DNA of 64,000 nucleotides, from IMG/VR virus record IMGVR_UViG_3300017917_001123, positions 267,571 through 331,570 of that record; one strand, 5' to 3'. Numbering within the stretch: position 1 is the first letter of the stretch; each line of letters begins with the position of its first letter. The translations under genes were made by a program, and so were the position numbers. The notes under the pieces are model-generated. The model searched no databases. It was given only the letters and a program-made list of their open reading frames with translations, and was not told where the DNA came from. Shown here in pieces: positions 39,452 through 49,439 of the stretch.

Positions 39452-39884
39452 ACGAGTTAACACCATAGCAGAACACGTTAAAGATGATCTGCGTAAAAAA
39501 GGTGTTATTGTTCCTGTCAAACAAAAAGACGGTTCCGTACACTTTGACGATTACATAATGGTCAAAGAGTCCGACGGATACCACATCTATAAAAAGAAAC
39601 TACATATTGCCGGCCCAATAAATTTGCCGCAAACTGCTATCGTTATTGCTAACGGACTAGCACTTGGTAGATTAGTAGATGACAAACTAATAGAACAAGA
39701 TCGCTGGTATGGATTTAAGCTATTTGATGAAGAAGTTTACACAAAGTCAGCAAATAACAGTCTAAAAAGCAAAAACTACGACAAAGCCGACTTCTGTTTT
39801 ACACGGGCTAGTATTGCTAAACAGCAAAAAGAGACTCATAAACGAGATATTATGAGTCACTTCAACCGTATCAAACTAGCTTAA
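39423..39884 (+). CDS. hypothetical protein
   Basis: 153-aa ORF in the operon. Confidence 0.7.
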   Translation: MPKVQKDLVERVNTIAEHVKDDLRKKGVIVPVKQKDGSVHFDDYIMVKESDGYHIYKKKLHIAGPINLPQTAIVIANGLALGRLVDDKLIEQDRWYGFKLFDEEVYTKSANNSLKSKNYDKADFCFTRASIAKQQKETHKRDIMSHFNRIKLA

Positions 39885-39888
39885 CGGA

Positions 39889-39896
39889 TATAAATA
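39889..39896 (+). promoter_or_regulatory. T4-type late promoter
   Basis: exact TATAAATA 28 nt before the ATG at 39925. Confidence 0.65.
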
Positions 39897-39924
39897 ACAT
39901 TACTATTGATTTAGGGAAACCTTT

Positions 39925-41424
39925 ATGAGAACGAACGATTTTACAGCACCTATCACAAGCAAACAATTGAACGAAAACATGTTCAAGAAATTCGGAGTTA
40001 AGATAAACTTCGAAAAATACGACCGCGAGCAACTAGAAAACTATCGCAATCTGCTACGTACAAAGTTACACCAGACAGAGCTTTCTAGCAATTTTAACGC
40101 TCTTTTAAGCAACGAGTCATACCAAAAAGATAAGCACATGATGGATCTTTTAACTGCTCGTATTAAAGAGATGCTCGGCGAAGCTAAATTACCAATGAAA
40201 ACCGTTAACGGTAAGAAAGTTCCAGCATTTGCAGCAGATGGCAAGGGCAAGAACGATATTGCTAAGAACAAGAAAACTAAAGAAGGTCTTGATCCAGTTG
40301 GCAAAGAAGATGATGACGTTAACAACGATGGTAAGAAAGACAAGAGTGATTCCTATTTGAAAAATCGTCGTGCGGCAGTTGCTAAGGCAGTTGCTAAGAA
40401 AGGTTCTGTTAAAGAAGGCAAAGCACATGCTTATGAAATGGCACACCGCTATGCTATGGAATACGCAAAAGCAGTTAAAGAAGGCAACCTAGATTACGCA
40501 ATCGAAATGCGTGATGCTTGTGAAAGCTGGGGTGGAAAGATTAGCCACGGTGCTATGGGCGAAGCATTCCACACTCATATGGGATTAAACAATGGCCAGG
40601 CTTACAAGTGCGATGAAGGCGCAGTTGGTATGGGCGTTGGCGGACTAGCAGGCGGAACATTAGGTAAAGCCGGAGGAGCCGCATTAGGTACAACAGTCGG
40701 CGGTCCAATTGGTGGGGTTATTGGCGCAGTTGCCGGCGATATCGCAGGAACAGCATTAGGCGCTAAAGCCGGAGACAAGTTAACTGGTGAGTCAGTTGGA
40801 GAAGGCCTAAAAGGCGGTCAGAAAAAACTTGATAAGAATAAGAACGGCAAGTTAGACGCAAAAGACATGGCAATGCTACGTGCTAGTAAGGACAAAAAAA
40901 TGAAAAAAGTTAAAGAAGGTATTACAGAATCAATCGCACGTTATATTGCTGAAGACGAAGAAGGCAAGGCAAAATCAATTACAGCCGGTCTTGATATGGT
41001 CAACGACTTTACAAGCTGGATGCAACGTATTGCTACATACCAAACAAAGTCAATGATTGAATTAAGCGATCAGATTCGCGCTCACTTTGGTGACGCAGAA
41101 GCTCAACGCTTCAAAGAAGAAACTTATGCGGCTTTAGAAGCATCTCTAAATGCTCTAACACAAAGTCGTGAGCAACTAAGCAATTCTGTTGCTGTTCTAG
41201 CAGGCGAAGCTCCAGCTGAAGAGCCAATGGGAAGCGAGCCAGCAATGGACGCAGGTATGGACGCAGACATGGGCGGCGATATGGCAGGCGCTGAAGAAAT
41301 GCCTCCAGTAGAAGACGAGTTTGGTGCCGCAGACGCTGCCGCCGGCGGTCCAGAAACAACAGGCCGCATTAAACGTGAGAGCATTGAGCGTGGTAATCGC
41401 TTAATGAAAATCTTAGGAGCATAA
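39925..41424 (+). CDS. putative head core/internal protein with two EF-hand-like loops and a glycine zipper
   Basis: DVNNDGKKDKSD, DKNKNGKLDAKD, GxxxG repeats, acidic Met-rich tail. Confidence 0.65.
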   Translation: MRTNDFTAPITSKQLNENMFKKFGVKINFEKYDREQLENYRNLLRTKLHQTELSSNFNALLSNESYQKDKHMMDLLTARIKEMLGEAKLPMKTVNGKKVPAFAADGKGKNDIAKNKKTKEGLDPVGKEDDDVNNDGKKDKSDSYLKNRRAAVAKAVAKKGSVKEGKAHAYEMAHRYAMEYAKAVKEGNLDYAIEMRDACESWGGKISHGAMGEAFHTHMGLNNGQAYKCDEGAVGMGVGGLAGGTLGKAGGAALGTTVGGPIGGVIGAVAGDIAGTALGAKAGDKLTGESVGEGLKGGQKKLDKNKNGKLDAKDMAMLRASKDKKMKKVKEGITESIARYIAEDEEGKAKSITAGLDMVNDFTSWMQRIATYQTKSMIELSDQIRAHFGDAEAQRFKEETYAALEASLNALTQSREQLSNSVAVLAGEAPAEEPMGSEPAMDAGMDADMGGDMAGAEEMPPVEDEFGAADAAAGGPETTGRIKRESIERGNRLMKILGA

Positions 41425-41772
41425 ATGAGACTGTTTGAGTTTGCCAATCAAGCGGCAGACGATGTTGAAACAGTTTTAAGAAATTTACTTGGGCAGGCTG
41501 ATACAAATCAACAAACTGCCCAAGTTGATTACCAAACACTCAGCAATCTGCTCAATCCCCTAGGCTACGGCGAAATGGATTACGATGCTTTTAAAGCATT
41601 ACATGATGCCGACCCTGACAAATTTAAAGACGTTGTAGCTAACTTTGACAGCGAAGGCGTTACATTAAAAACCAAAGCAGAAACCCCAGCACAAAAACTT
41701 ACGCCAAGTACATCCAGCGGTAAATCCGTTGATCAAATGGCACACAACGTAGTTTCCAAAGAGTTGTCCTAA
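41425..41772 (+). CDS. hypothetical protein, putative head-internal
   Basis: starts MRLFEF. Confidence 0.65.
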   Translation: MRLFEFANQAADDVETVLRNLLGQADTNQQTAQVDYQTLSNLLNPLGYGEMDYDAFKALHDADPDKFKDVVANFDSEGVTLKTKAETPAQKLTPSTSSGKSVDQMAHNVVSKELS

Positions 41773-41801
41773 CACTAATTAGATGTTATAATTAGTGTTA
41801 T

Positions 41802-42533
41802 ATGACTACAACTATAATTAACCCACCTCCATTCGTTGAGCGTTTTCAATATAAAAACTGTAAACAAATCAACGACCCTGTAACTGGTAAGAGAGTATAT
41901 GCCACACCAGACGGGGAAACACTTCCAAGCGTAACAACAATCCTTAGTGCTACTAAAGACATGACCCACCTGAATGAGTGGAAAAAGCGTGTCGGTGAAG
42001 ATAACGCTAAACGCATTACGCAAGAAGCCGCAGGCATAGGCACAGCAATGCATAATAATCTAGAAAGATTTATTGCTGGACTAGATCGTATGCCGGGCAA
42101 TAATCATGTTCACCAACATGCCCATAAGATGGCTGATCAGATTATTGAGAATGGGTTAAAGTTTGTAGACGAGGTATGGGCAATCGAGCAGAGTTTATAT
42201 TTCCCTGGGTTGTATTCAGGAACCACAGACATAGTCGGTGTGTACAAGGGCAAGCCTGCGGTAATGGATTACAAACAAACTAACAAGCCTAAGAAAGAAG
42301 AGTGGATTGAAGATTATAAGATGCAGTTGATGGCTTATATTCTAGCACATAACGAAGTCTATGGCACAGACATTCGAGAAGGACATGTTTTTATGTGTTC
42401 AAGAGAATTCCAATATCAACACTTTGAGCTTCGTACAGAAGATTTCAACAAGTATCAAGATTTATGGTTAAGCAAAGTTGAAGAGTTTTACACAACTGGC
42501 TTAATGGGTATGAAACAATTACTAACACAATGA
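41802..42533 (+). CDS. PD-(D/E)XK exonuclease
   Basis: PSVTTIL, GTAMH, E..L, GTTD, MDYKQT; promoter-like TTGTCC-17-TATAAT at 41764-41792. Confidence 0.88.
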   Translation: MTTTIINPPPFVERFQYKNCKQINDPVTGKRVYATPDGETLPSVTTILSATKDMTHLNEWKKRVGEDNAKRITQEAAGIGTAMHNNLERFIAGLDRMPGNNHVHQHAHKMADQIIENGLKFVDEVWAIEQSLYFPGLYSGTTDIVGVYKGKPAVMDYKQTNKPKKEEWIEDYKMQLMAYILAHNEVYGTDIREGHVFMCSREFQYQHFELRTEDFNKYQDLWLSKVEEFYTTGLMGMKQLLTQ

Positions 42534-42982
42534 ACGAACAACAGTTAAAAGAATTAGCAAAAGCACTGGCTCCGTACATTAGCCAAGAGTTGTTAAGTCA
42601 GCCCTCTGTTTGGGGAGATCCAAACAGACTACATCTAGGCAACGATGTACATGTAATTAACACTTTCTTTAACTTGTCCTGCGGACATGTTTATATTGGT
42701 GACCATAGCTTTTTTGGAAACCACTGTTCCCTTCTAACAGGAACACACCCTATTGATCGTAAAAACAAGGCAAGACATCATCATCCAGACTCCGGAAACG
42801 ATATTGTAATCGGACAAGGTGTGTGGATTGCTAGCCATGCGGTAGTCATCGGTCCTTGTAAAATTGGTGACCACGCTGTGATTGCGTCGGGGTCTGTGTT
42901 ACTTCCGGGTGAATATGAAGGCGGGTATCTTTATGCTGGATTACCTGCTGTAGCAAAACGCAAAATAGATTTTAAGGACTAA
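42530..42982 (+). CDS. hexapeptide-repeat (LbH) acyltransferase
   Basis: IGDHSFFG, IVIGQGVWIAS, IGDHAVIASGSV, AGLPAV. Confidence 0.9.
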   Translation: MNEQQLKELAKALAPYISQELLSQPSVWGDPNRLHLGNDVHVINTFFNLSCGHVYIGDHSFFGNHCSLLTGTHPIDRKNKARHHHPDSGNDIVIGQGVWIASHAVVIGPCKIGDHAVIASGSVLLPGEYEGGYLYAGLPAVAKRKIDFKD

Positions 42983-42983
42983 T

Positions 42984-43568
42984 ATGAATTTAACACTTCA
43001 AGAAATGCTGAATAAAACTAATCAGCGTCAAATTACTTTTCAGCTAATGCTTGATCATCTTAGAAGGACTAACAATCCTCTTATCATCGAAACAGGGTGT
43101 GCTAGAGCAGAACGTCATGGCTTTGACGGCGATGGATATAGCACATTGATCTTTGATAAGTTTGTAAATGAACACGGCGGAGAATTACGCACAGTTGATA
43201 TTAGTCCTGAAAGTGTAGCATGGGGTAAATCTCAAACCAGTTCCAAAGCACAGTTTTTCTGCGAAGATAGTGTCAGTTTTCTATGGAAATTGAACAAAGA
43301 ATTGGCTGAATCTGGTCGTTATATTGACCTATTGTACTTAGACAGTTTTGACTTTGAACCAAGCAATCCGCATCCTAGCTCTTTCCACCATGTAAAAGAA
43401 TTAACTGCTATCTTTAGTCGTTTGCGTCCCGGTACTATGATTGCTGTAGATGATAACTTTGGCAATGCTGAAAATCGTACAGGCAAAGGCAAATACGTTG
43501 AAGAATTCATGAAAAACATTGGTGTTCCGTTAGTTTACGATGGGTATCAATTGCTGTGGGTGCTTTAA
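42984..43568 (+). CDS. class I SAM-dependent methyltransferase
   Basis: IIETGC, TVDI, EDSVSFL, LLYLDS, IAVDD. Confidence 0.8.
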   Translation: MNLTLQEMLNKTNQRQITFQLMLDHLRRTNNPLIIETGCARAERHGFDGDGYSTLIFDKFVNEHGGELRTVDISPESVAWGKSQTSSKAQFFCEDSVSFLWKLNKELAESGRYIDLLYLDSFDFEPSNPHPSSFHHVKELTAIFSRLRPGTMIAVDDNFGNAENRTGKGKYVEEFMKNIGVPLVYDGYQLLWVL

Positions 43569-43609
43569 GGTAAAAGCTAGATAAATATCCTTGTTAAGAG
43601 GATATTTTC

Positions 43610-45238
43610 ATGGCTGTATTACAGATCTCCAAAATTCAGGTCCGAAGAGGACAAAAATCACAAGCAGGTATTCCTACTCTGTCCGCGGGCGAATTTGCCT
43701 GGGCAGTTGATGCTCAGGAACTGTACATTGGTAACGGTTCTGTTGGTGAAGGTGCTCCGTTTGTTGGAAACACTCGTCTTTTAACTGAATTGGATGCTAG
43801 TAACATTTTTAAACTAGCAGGTACATACGGTTACGAAGGCAACACTAGTGCTACTGTTATCACAGGCCCGGATGCTAATAGTCCTATTTCAAGAACACTA
43901 CAAGACAAGTTAGATGATTTTGTATCTCTAGCAGATTTTGGGGCAGTAGGTGATGGTGTTACAAATGACACAAGTGCTTTACAACGTGCTATTGATCAGA
44001 TCTACTTAAATTCAGACAAGTCAATTCCTTTAGCTAGAAAAAGACTACGTTTCCCAGCAGGCACATACTTAATTACAGGAACAATTTATATTCCTAGTTA
44101 TGCTACATTAGAAGGCGACGGAATTGATAGAACAATTATCAAACAATCTACAACAGCAACCGCTATTTTTCAAACAGTAGACTTTACTTCTACTCCTAGT
44201 TCAAAGGTATTGTTTCCATCGATTCAAAGCACTACACAACCTAGAAATATCAATGTTTCTGGAATGACACTACAATACGATCAAGCATCAAAACAAGGCA
44301 GTGGCGCATTAATTAATGTAGACTGTGCGACTGACATGACTGTTGAAAAATGTAAGTTTCTAGGACTTGCTTCTAGTCCAGAAAATGATCTTCAAGAATC
44401 TATTCAAATTAGAGGACAAGGCGCAACTACCACAGACAGATTAAAGATCAAAGACTGTGTGTTTAAAAATATTGCCTTAGGTGTTGTTAGCGACTACGAT
44501 GTAACTAACATTGAAATCAGCGACAATAAGTTCATGAACATGGGCCTTAGTATCAAGTTTGCTGAAAACTTGTTAGGAGTAAGTCCTAGCATCTCTGGAC
44601 CAACTAAGGTTGATATTTTAAACAATTACTTCAGTGACATCTTCTCTAGCGCAATTTTTAGTGGCAGTAATACCTCAGGAGTTCCTCTAAACATTCTAAG
44701 TCAAGGAAACAGATTTTATAATTGCGGTAACGAATTAGACCTAAGCCAAGAAGAAAATCAAAAGTATCCTGTTATAATTTTCTTAGGAGAAGGTTGCCGT
44801 TCAATTGATGATCAATTTGGACGATCAGAAGCAAATATCTCCGGCGTTGTTGGCCTATACAATCCAGAAATTCTTGGTCATGTAGCCGACTTCCAACCGT
44901 TAGCAGTTCGTTCTATTGATTTGCCTGTTCAATCTTTTCCAACAACTATTGCTGTTGTTCCAATGGTAACGACAACAGATGTTAGACTAACATTAGACTA
45001 TGTTGCTAGACAACCTAGTTTAAATGTTGCTAGAGTTGGACAAGTACAAGTAATGACTAACGTAACAACCGCAACATGGGTTGAAAGTTTCCAGTACACT
45101 GGATCTACAAACCTAACTGGAGACCTACGTTTTACAGCAAGTTTAAATACTGCTACACAGCTTCTAACAGTTGAGGTTCTTAACCCAACAGGAAGCGTTG
45201 ACACTAATTTAACTTACAAATATAACTTGTTGTTCTAA
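43610..45238 (+). CDS. tailspike-like protein (Mtd_N-like N-terminus, beta-helix body)
   Basis: IQVRRG..LSAGEFAW..ELYIGNG; DFGAVGDGVTNDTSALQRAID; FPAGTY. Confidence 0.82.
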   Translation: MAVLQISKIQVRRGQKSQAGIPTLSAGEFAWAVDAQELYIGNGSVGEGAPFVGNTRLLTELDASNIFKLAGTYGYEGNTSATVITGPDANSPISRTLQDKLDDFVSLADFGAVGDGVTNDTSALQRAIDQIYLNSDKSIPLARKRLRFPAGTYLITGTIYIPSYATLEGDGIDRTIIKQSTTATAIFQTVDFTSTPSSKVLFPSIQSTTQPRNINVSGMTLQYDQASKQGSGALINVDCATDMTVEKCKFLGLASSPENDLQESIQIRGQGATTTDRLKIKDCVFKNIALGVVSDYDVTNIEISDNKFMNMGLSIKFAENLLGVSPSISGPTKVDILNNYFSDIFSSAIFSGSNTSGVPLNILSQGNRFYNCGNELDLSQEENQKYPVIIFLGEGCRSIDDQFGRSEANISGVVGLYNPEILGHVADFQPLAVRSIDLPVQSFPTTIAVVPMVTTTDVRLTLDYVARQPSLNVARVGQVQVMTNVTTATWVESFQYTGSTNLTGDLRFTASLNTATQLLTVEVLNPTGSVDTNLTYKYNLLF

Positions 45239-45672
45239 TGTTTAAAACTGAAACGGACCAGCGTCTACATCTCTGGTTTGAATTTAGATCTAATCTAGAA
45301 GTCAGCGAAACTCCTTTACAGGATTTAATAGACTTTTGGAATCCTGCTCCTCGCATTCCACACAACCATCTCATCGATCCTTACTTTGATAGGGATTGGC
45401 CTACACCTTGGGAAATTATCGAACGCAACAAATATGATGATTTTACACTCACGTTGATGATGGGTTGGACACTACTAATGACCAAACGGTTTGAAAAAAG
45501 CCAAATGGAAATTAGAACTATAGTTGACGACCGTTCAAAACGAATGTATAATGTTCTATGCGTAGATAATAAATGGGCACTCAATTTCAACGACCTAGAA
45601 CCGGTTTTACTAAGTTCTGTACCGAGTTTATACAGAGTAGAAAATATTGTGCCTCTAAAACGCCCAAGGTAA
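45238..45672 (+). CDS. hypothetical protein
   Basis: 144 aa; TAATG-coupled. Confidence 0.7.
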   Translation: MFKTETDQRLHLWFEFRSNLEVSETPLQDLIDFWNPAPRIPHNHLIDPYFDRDWPTPWEIIERNKYDDFTLTLMMGWTLLMTKRFEKSQMEIRTIVDDRSKRMYNVLCVDNKWALNFNDLEPVLLSSVPSLYRVENIVPLKRPR

Positions 45673-45699
45673 ATATCAATTCCAACAAAAAGATTTCTC

Positions 45700-45721
45700 G
45701 CCAAAGGTCCGTGCCTTTGGC
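45700..45721. promoter_or_regulatory. hairpin in the nrdA leader
   Basis: GCCAAAGG-TCCGTG-CCTTTGGC, 8-bp stem downstream of TAAATA (45670). Confidence 0.45.
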
Positions 45722-45747
45722 CATTATAATAATAAGATAGGTGAAGC

Positions 45748-48102
45748 ATGATCACAGTTGTTAAACGCAGTGGAGAAAAAGTACCACTAGACATTAGCAA
45801 AATACAGAGACAGGTAGCATACGGGTGTAAGGGGATAGATGGAGTTAGTCCATCGATGATTGAGATCAAAGCCCAGATCGAATTACACGACGGAATGTCA
45901 ACAGAGACCATCGACGAGCTGTTGTTAAAGGCCATGGTTAACCTGATTGACGAAACAGAAAATCCAGAAATCAATCACACAAATTATCAATATGTAGCAG
46001 GCCGTCAAAAGGTTAGTATGCTACGTAAAGAAGTCTATGGCAAATATACGCCACCACCTCTCTACGAGATTGTTAAAAGAAACGTAGAACTAGGAATGTA
46101 CACACCAGAACTATTAGACTGGTACACAAAAGAAGAATGGGATATTATTGATCTTTTCATTGATCATGCTAAAGATGAAAATTACACCTATGCGGCTATT
46201 GCTCAACTAGCAGAAAAATATCTAGTACAAAATAGGGCAACAGGCAAGATATACGAAACTCCACAGGTGCGTTATGCTGTAGCTGCCGCTACTGCTTTCC
46301 ATAACGAACCAAAAGATAAAAGATTAAAATATGTTAAAGAATATTACGAGTGTGCATCTGATGGTCACTTTACTTTGGCTACTCCTGTACTTGCTGGCCT
46401 CGGTACTCCTACCAAGCAGTTCAGTAGTTGTGTTCTTATTAGTTCTGACGATACACTTGACTCTATTTTTGCCGCAGGCGAAATGATGGCCAAGTATGCT
46501 AGCAAACGTGCTGGCATTGGCTTAGAGATTGGTCGTATTCGCCCACTAGGTGCTCCTATTCGTAACGGAGAGATCAAACATACCGGTCTAATTCCATTTA
46601 TGAAAAAATGGTTTGCTGACTTGCGTAGCTGTTCACAGGGCGGTATTCGTAACGCATCATGTACAGTTACATTTCCTATCTGGCACGCTCAGTTCGAAGA
46701 CCTAATCGTTCTAAAGAATAATCAGGGAACAGAAGAAACTCGTGTTCGTCAGATGGACTACTCAGTTGTAGTTAATGCCATGTTCTGGCGCCGTTATAAG
46801 AATGGCGAAAACATTACATTGTTTGACCCAAGTGAAGTACCGGACTTATACGAAGCATTTTACCGTAGCACAAGCGAGTTTGAGAAGTTATACTTACAGT
46901 ATGAACAAGACAAGACAAAGAAGAAAAAAGTCCTTACGGCCAACCAAGTGTTTAAGGACGGCATACTTAAAGAGCGTACGGATACTGGAAGAATCTACCT
47001 TGTCTTCATCGACAACGTCATCAACCAAGGCCCGTTCGATACAACTGTTGACCCGATATATCAATCAAATCTCTGCCAAGAAATTCTCTTGCCCACAAGA
47101 CCTTTTCAACGCATTGAAGACCCGACGGGGAGAATTGCTCTTTGCACTCTTGGCTCAATCAACTGGGGAAGTTTCAGAAACCCACAAGAGATGAGAAAGG
47201 CTTGCCGTGTACTTGTACGTAGTCTAAGTAACTTATTAAATTACCAAGACTTCTTAAGTATTCAGAGTAAGTTAGCCAACGAAGACTTTGAACCACTAGG
47301 TGTTGGAATTACCAATTTAGCATACTGGCATGCCAAGAGACATTTCAAATATGGTGAAGCAGAATCACTAGCAGAAGTTAAGCGTTGGATGGAACATCAG
47401 GCATATTTCTTAACAGAGATGTCAGTGGAACTTGCCCAAGAACGCGGCGCATGTAAGCGTAGCGAATTTACCTATTATGGCAAAGGTGTGTTTCCTTGGG
47501 AACGCCGTGCTAAGGGTGTAAATGAACTAACGGATTTTACCCCAAGCACAAACCTAGATTGGGAAGGACTACGTGCTAGATTAAAACAGTATGGTATCCG
47601 TAACGCTACACTAATGGCAGTTGCTCCTGTTGAGTCCAGTTCAGTTGTACTTAACAGTACTAACGGCATTGAAATGCCGATGGAAATGATTTCAGTAAAA
47701 GAATCTAAAGCAGGATCATTTGTACAGGTTGTACCAGAATACCGTCGTCTAAAGAATCGCTATCAGTTAATGTGGGATCAAACAAACTGCGAAGATTACT
47801 TAAAGACTGCCGCGGTATTAGCCGTATATATCGACCAAAGTTTATCTACCAATACATTCTATAATCCAGCACATTTCCCAGGCGGAAAGGTTCCGGGTAC
47901 TTTGGTTGCCAAGAACTTAATGTTGGCTTACAAATGGGGCCTAAAGACTATATACTATAGTTTAATTAATAAGGTAGGAGCAAAGGTTAGTGTTACGGGC
48001 ACTAATACACAAACTAACGGCGCCCACGATGTTCCTGCGTTAGCCGGTGAACCTATTACAGTATATGAAGATGACGCAGACTGCGAGGCATGTAAACTAT
48101 GA
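45748..48102 (+). CDS. nrdA: class Ia ribonucleotide reductase alpha subunit with ATP cone
   Basis: VVKRSG ATP-cone start, ATPVL, SSC, NLCQEI, APVESSS, KTIYY. Confidence 0.97.
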   Translation: MITVVKRSGEKVPLDISKIQRQVAYGCKGIDGVSPSMIEIKAQIELHDGMSTETIDELLLKAMVNLIDETENPEINHTNYQYVAGRQKVSMLRKEVYGKYTPPPLYEIVKRNVELGMYTPELLDWYTKEEWDIIDLFIDHAKDENYTYAAIAQLAEKYLVQNRATGKIYETPQVRYAVAAATAFHNEPKDKRLKYVKEYYECASDGHFTLATPVLAGLGTPTKQFSSCVLISSDDTLDSIFAAGEMMAKYASKRAGIGLEIGRIRPLGAPIRNGEIKHTGLIPFMKKWFADLRSCSQGGIRNASCTVTFPIWHAQFEDLIVLKNNQGTEETRVRQMDYSVVVNAMFWRRYKNGENITLFDPSEVPDLYEAFYRSTSEFEKLYLQYEQDKTKKKKVLTANQVFKDGILKERTDTGRIYLVFIDNVINQGPFDTTVDPIYQSNLCQEILLPTRPFQRIEDPTGRIALCTLGSINWGSFRNPQEMRKACRVLVRSLSNLLNYQDFLSIQSKLANEDFEPLGVGITNLAYWHAKRHFKYGEAESLAEVKRWMEHQAYFLTEMSVELAQERGACKRSEFTYYGKGVFPWERRAKGVNELTDFTPSTNLDWEGLRARLKQYGIRNATLMAVAPVESSSVVLNSTNGIEMPMEMISVKESKAGSFVQVVPEYRRLKNRYQLMWDQTNCEDYLKTAAVLAVYIDQSLSTNTFYNPAHFPGGKVPGTLVAKNLMLAYKWGLKTIYYSLINKVGAKVSVTGTNTQTNGAHDVPALAGEPITVYEDDADCEACKL

Positions 48103-49199
48103 GTAAACAACAATACGATTTTTCTAAACCAACAAACTATCTAAAGCGCCATATGTTTCTGGATCCAGCAGGTCCTGTTACAGTCCAGCGTTTTGAAGAA
48201 GTTAAGTATCCTAAAGTCCAAAAGTACGAAGAATTAGCACGTGGCTTCTTTTGGGTTCCAGAAGAAATTAGTCTTACCAAAGATAAAATTGATCACAAGG
48301 AAGCCAGTGAAGCGGTAAAACATATCTTTACCAGCAACCTATTGCGTCAAACAGCCCTTGACTCAATTCAAGGCCGAGCACCGTTCCAGGTATTTGGTCC
48401 TGTGACAAGTATTCCAGAACTTGAAGCTCTAGCATTAACTTGGAGTTTCTTTGAAACATCGATTCACAGTAAGAGCTACAGTCATATCATTCGTAACGTC
48501 TACGGTGTACCAAAAGAAGAATTTAACAAGATTCATGACACACAAGAAATTGTGGGAATGGCAAGTCACGTTGGCAAGTATTACGAAGATTTACACATTC
48601 TAAACATTCGTAAAGAATTAGGCGAGACAATTCCTCTCAAGGAACATAAGAAGGCAATTTGGTTAGCCCTACATGCTTCTTATGCCCTAGAAGCTCTACG
48701 CTTCATGGTATCCTTTGCTACAAGCCTAGCAATGGTAGAAAATAAAATCTATATCGGTAATGGTAATATCATTAGTCTTATTCTTCAAGACGAATTATTA
48801 CACACCGAGTGGACAGCCTGGCTAATTAACAATGTAACTAAAGACGATCCTGACTTTGTACCAATTGCGGAAGAATGTAAGGATGAAGTCTACGCAATGT
48901 ATTTGGATGTTATCCGTGAAGAAAAAGAATGGGCAGATTACCTATTCAAGAAAGGCGTTGTTATTGGCCTTAACGCTAACATCTTAAAAGACTTTGTAGA
49001 CTACACAGCTTACACTCGTCTAAAAGAAGTCGGTATCAAGTATCTTGAGGATCATCCGAAGACTACACCTATTCCGTGGTTTAATAAGCACGTGAATATT
49101 AATAAAAAACAAACGGCATTACAGGAAAATGAAAGTACTAACTATGTTATCGGTGTTATGAGTGACGCAGTTAGTTACGAAGAACTTCCTGATCTATAA
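48099..49199 (+). CDS. nrdB: class Ia ribonucleotide reductase beta subunit
   Basis: FWVPEEI, LDSIQ, ETSIHSKSY, EALRF, QDELLH, QENESTNY. Confidence 0.97.
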   Translation: MSKQQYDFSKPTNYLKRHMFLDPAGPVTVQRFEEVKYPKVQKYEELARGFFWVPEEISLTKDKIDHKEASEAVKHIFTSNLLRQTALDSIQGRAPFQVFGPVTSIPELEALALTWSFFETSIHSKSYSHIIRNVYGVPKEEFNKIHDTQEIVGMASHVGKYYEDLHILNIRKELGETIPLKEHKKAIWLALHASYALEALRFMVSFATSLAMVENKIYIGNGNIISLILQDELLHTEWTAWLINNVTKDDPDFVPIAEECKDEVYAMYLDVIREEKEWADYLFKKGVVIGLNANILKDFVDYTAYTRLKEVGIKYLEDHPKTTPIPWFNKHVNINKKQTALQENESTNYVIGVMSDAVSYEELPDL

Positions 49200-49217
49200 T
49201 AAAAAGAAGGTAGCGAA

Positions 49218-49439
49218 ATGAAAGCGATTGTATGGTCAAAGTATAACTGCCCCTATTGCGAGCAGGCAAAGTCCCTTTTAAAAATGAAGGGCATCGAATT
49301 CGAGGAGCGAAAAATCGGAGACGGCTACACTAAGGAGGACTTGTTGGAAGCAGTTCCAACAGCTCGAACCGTACCCCAAATCTTTTTAGATGAGGAGTTA
49401 GTAGGTGGCTTCGACGATCTTAAACGCAAACTCGGCTAA
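49218..49439 (+). CDS. glutaredoxin
   Basis: CPYC, TVPQIF, VGGF. Confidence 0.95.
   Translation: MKAIVWSKYNCPYCEQAKSLLKMKGIEFEERKIGDGYTKEDLLEAVPTARTVPQIFLDEELVGGFDDLKRKLG

Noticed and set aside
41802-42533. Cas4/CRISPR association of the PD-(D/E)XK nuclease
   Set aside because: No Fe-S cysteine set, other cas genes or array; ordinary phage exonuclease context.
43610-45238. Diversity-generating retroelement suggested by the Mtd_N-like domain
   Set aside because: No reverse transcriptase or template/variable repeat pair seen in the window.
45381-45974. 197-aa minus-strand ORF and many other 60-160 aa opposite-strand or off-frame ORFs
   Set aside because: They overlap well-supported genes and lack SDs or recognisable motifs.
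45748-49199. Intein or group I intron in nrdA/nrdB
   Set aside because: Both are of normal length and continuous.
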